A stretch of 45,011 nucleotides of DNA from Scyliorhinus canicula. Lineage: Eukaryota. The DNA lies in contig NW_024055498.1 of assembly GCF_902713615.1 (NCBI RefSeq), positions 813,867 through 858,877 on the forward strand, read 5' to 3'. Positions 41,790 through 45,011 of this stretch are shown here, one piece after another. Under the pieces are notes generated by a model. That model made no database searches. It had not been told where the DNA came from and worked only from the letters and a program-made list of their open reading frames with translations. The translations under genes and the position numbers were made by a program. Positions within the stretch are counted from its first letter, which is position 1. Every line of letters starts with the position of its first letter.

Positions 41790-42570
41790 CTCAATTCCAG
41801 GACATCACTGCGAGACGTCTTCAGGGTAGTGTCCTCGGACAAACCATCTTCAGCTTATTCATCAATGACCTTTTCATCATAATGTCTGAACTGGGACTGT
41901 TCTCAGATGATTGCACCAAGCTCAGCACAATTTGCAGCTGTGCAGTCACTGAATAAATCTATGTGTAAATAAAGCAACATGGAGACTACATCAGTCTGGC
42001 TGACATGTGGTAAGTAACAGTCAAGTCACCCAATCGAAGGCAATGCCCATCTCCAGTAAGAACGGATCTAACCACCGCCCATTGACATTCAATAGCATTA
42101 CCATCATTGAATTCCTGGAGGTTACCATGGACCAGAAAGTGATCTGGACGAATCATATAAATTTTGAGGCCAGAAGAACAGATCAAAGGTGAGGAGTCCT
42201 GCGGTGAAAAACTCATCCCCTGACTCCCCAAAGCCTGTCCACCATCTAAAGATCCGCTGCAGAAGCTCATCATGTCTCCTTAGGCAGCACCTTCTAAACC
42301 CCTGGCAGCGGCCATCTGGACAAGGACAGCAGACACATGGGAACACCGCCAACTGGAAGCTCAACTCCAAGTCACTCAGCATCATGACTATAAAATATAT
42401 CACCGTTCCTTCACTGCCGCTGGTTCAAAACCATGGAACTGACTCGGGGAAACACCACATGGACTACAATGGTTAAAGAAGTAAGCTCGCCACCTTCTCA
42501 AAGGCAATGAGGGATGGAAAATAAATGCTGGCCCAGCCAGAGACACCTACATCACAAGAATGAATAAACA
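41790..42570 (+). mobile_element. Decayed LINE 3' end (RT remnant + tail)
   Basis: QGSVLG..IFS.FINDL..FSDDCT-like remnant at 41815-41920; tail GGCAATGAGGGATGG..ATAAATGCTGGCCCAGCCAG..AAGAATGAATAAA. Confidence 0.7.
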
Positions 42571-42709
42571 GAACACACTCTCCGTGATACAATATGGCAA
42601 GAATTTTACAGGCAGAAAAATCCCATTTGCAAAATGAAAATCCATTAAGTTGCAGGAATGATCATTGTCCCAGTTCTAAATTATTTGTGAAAAACGAAAT
42701 TACATCGGC

Positions 42710-42835
42710 ATTAAAGCAGCTGCCCAGTGATCTACACTGCTGTCTGACTGTACACAGCCGGTGTTACTGACAGTATTAAAGCAGCTGCCCAGTGATCTAC
42801 ACTGCTGTCTGACTGTACACAGCCGGTGTTACTGA
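42710..42835 (+). repeat. Perfect 61-bp direct duplication (period 65)
   Basis: 42710-42770 is identical to 42775-42835 (ATTAAAGCAGCTGCCCAGTGATC...GGTGTTACTGA). Confidence 0.95.
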
Positions 42836-43019
42836 AAGCTGCTCAATGTGGAGAATCAGAACAGAATGAATGGAGAGGAAGAGGAGGAGGTGGGGGTGGT
42901 GGAGCCGAATGGAGGAGCCCCCAGCTCGGCTGCGGACAACAGGCAACAGGAAGCAGAGCCTGAGCGGAAAATCATCCAGAGAAACATCGTCCTAATGGGC
43001 TGGGAGCACCTGGGAATCA

Positions 43020-45011
43020 TCACTCAGCCACGGTCACTCACTCGCTCACTCACTCGCCCTCACTCGCCTATCTTCACTCATTCACTTACCCTCACCTGTC
43101 TTCACTCATTCACTTACACTCACTCGCCATCACTCATTGACCCTCGCGCACACATCCTCAATGATAAACCTTTCCTTAACGACGCTCACACACACCCTCT
43201 CACCGACGGTCACTCACTCATCCTCACTCACCCACCCTCTCTGACACATTCTCAATCACCCACGCTCACTCACGCACCCTCCTTGACATACCATCACTCA
43301 CACACACACCCTGACACACACACACTCGCCCAACGTCCCTGACACACTCTCACCCACCCACCCTCCCTGACACACTCTCACCCACCCACCCTCCCTGACA
43401 CTCTCACTCACCCACCCTCCCTGACACACTCTCACTCACCCACCCTCCCTGACACACATACGCTCACCCACCCTCCCTGACACACTCTCACTCACCCACC
43501 CTCCCTGACACACTCTCACACACCCACCCTCCCTGACACACTCTCACTCACCCACCCTCCCTGACACACACACACTCACCCACCCACCCTGACACACTCT
43601 CTCACCCACCCTCCCTGACACATTCTCACTCACCCACCCTCCCTGACACATTCTCACTCACCCACCCTCCCTGACACACTCTCACTCACCCACCCTCCCT
43701 GACACAGTCTCACTCACCCACCTTCCCTGACACACTCACACTCACCCACCCTCTCTGACACACCCTCACTCACCCGCCCTCACACACCCTCATTCAGTAA
43801 CACACCCTCACTCACTACCTCACCCACACTCACCTTCACTCACTCACCTGCCCTCACTCACCCACCCTACCTGACACACTCTCACTCACCCACCCTCCCT
43901 GACACACTATCACTTACCCATCCTCCCTGGCACACTCTCACTCACCCACCCTCCTTGACACACTCTCACTCACCCACCCTCCCTTACACACTGTCTCTCA
44001 CCCACCCTCCCTGACACACACTCACCCACCCTCCCTGACACACTCTCACTCACCCACCCTACATGACACACTCTCACTCACCCACCCTCCTTGACATACT
44101 CACACTCACCCACCCTCCCTGACACACACACTCACCCACCCTCCCCGACACAATCTCACTCACCAACCCTCACTGACACACTCTCACTCACCCACCCTCC
44201 CTGACACACACACGCACCCCCACCATCACTGACACATTCTCACTCACCCACCCTCCCTGACACACTCTCACTCACCCACCCTCCCTGACACACTCGCACT
44301 CACCCATCCTCCCTGACACACTCACTCACTCACCCACTCTCACTCACCCACCCCCCTGACACACTCTCACTCACCCACCCACCCTGACACACACACGCAC
44401 CCCCACCATCACTGACACATTCTCACTCACCCACCCTCCCCGACACACTCTCATTCATCAACCCTCCCTGACAGACTCTCACCCACCCACCCTCCCTGAC
44501 ACATTCTCACTCACCCACCCTCCCTGACACTCTCTCACTCACCCACCCTCCCTGACACACTCGCACTCACCCATCCTCCCTGACACACTCACTCACTCAC
44601 CCACTCTCACTCACCCACCCTCACTGACCCACCCACCCTGACACACTCTCACTCACACACCCTCACACACCCTCCCTGACACACTCTCACTCACCCACCC
44701 TCCCTGACACACTCTCACTCACCCACCCTCACTCACCCACCCTCCCTGACACACACGCACTAACCCGTCCTCCCTGACACTCACTCACTCACCCACCCTC
44801 ACTCACCCACCCTCACTCACACACCCTCACTCACACACCCTCCCTGACACACTGTCACTCACCCACCCTCACTCACCCACCCTCACTCACACACCCTCAC
44901 TCACACACCCACCCTGACACACTGTCACTCACCCACCCTCACCCACCCACCCTCACTCACACACCCTCCCTGACACACTTTCACCCACCCACCCTCCCTG
45001 ACACACCCTCA
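43020..45011 (+). repeat. 28-bp C-rich minisatellite (CACACTCTCACTCACCCACCCTCCCTGA)n, running off the window end
   Basis: Period 28 (CTCCCTGA at 43501 and 43529). The + strand is nearly devoid of G. Confidence 0.95.

Noticed and set aside
43020-45011. CRISPR-like or classical switch-region reading of the 28-bp array
   Set aside because: Units are contiguous with no unique spacers and the DNA is vertebrate. The array lacks WGCW motifs and is C-rich on the sense strand, unlike classical S regions.

Overview
This is non-bacterial, repeat-dense vertebrate DNA that looks like cartilaginous fish (shark-like; the species cannot be read from the sequence). The one clear host gene is an unrearranged, apparently intact IgM-type immunoglobulin heavy-chain mini-cluster on the + strand. 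It comprises a TATA/GC-box promoter without an octamer (~34.6 kb), a split leader (34763-34808), VH (34937-35241, 23-RSS), D1 (12/22 RSS), D2 (12/12 RSS) and JH (23-RSS, 36473-36520). No constant-region exon is visible in the 8.5 kb after JH. That stretch holds three diverged copies of a ~200-300 bp module, a WGCW-rich 16-bp array (40.4-41.1 kb) and a C-rich 28-bp minisatellite running to the window end. The upstream 34 kb is layered mobile DNA: (1) a Penelope-like element with inverted pseudo-LTRs, each carrying a minimal hammerhead ribozyme; (2) a full-length CR1 LINE nested in an older CR1, with G-run frameshifts and a dead RT motif (FADG); (3) a hAT MITE with a perfect 8-bp TSD; (4) a solo LTR; (5) about 12 tRNA-headed SINEs that combine shared heads or bodies with different tails; (6) an old ~5.6/6.3-kb tandem duplication (11.8-17.5 kb vs 17.5-23.8 kb) whose copies show each other's empty insertion sites. 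All alignments and counts were done by eye, so boundaries of decayed repeats are approximate.
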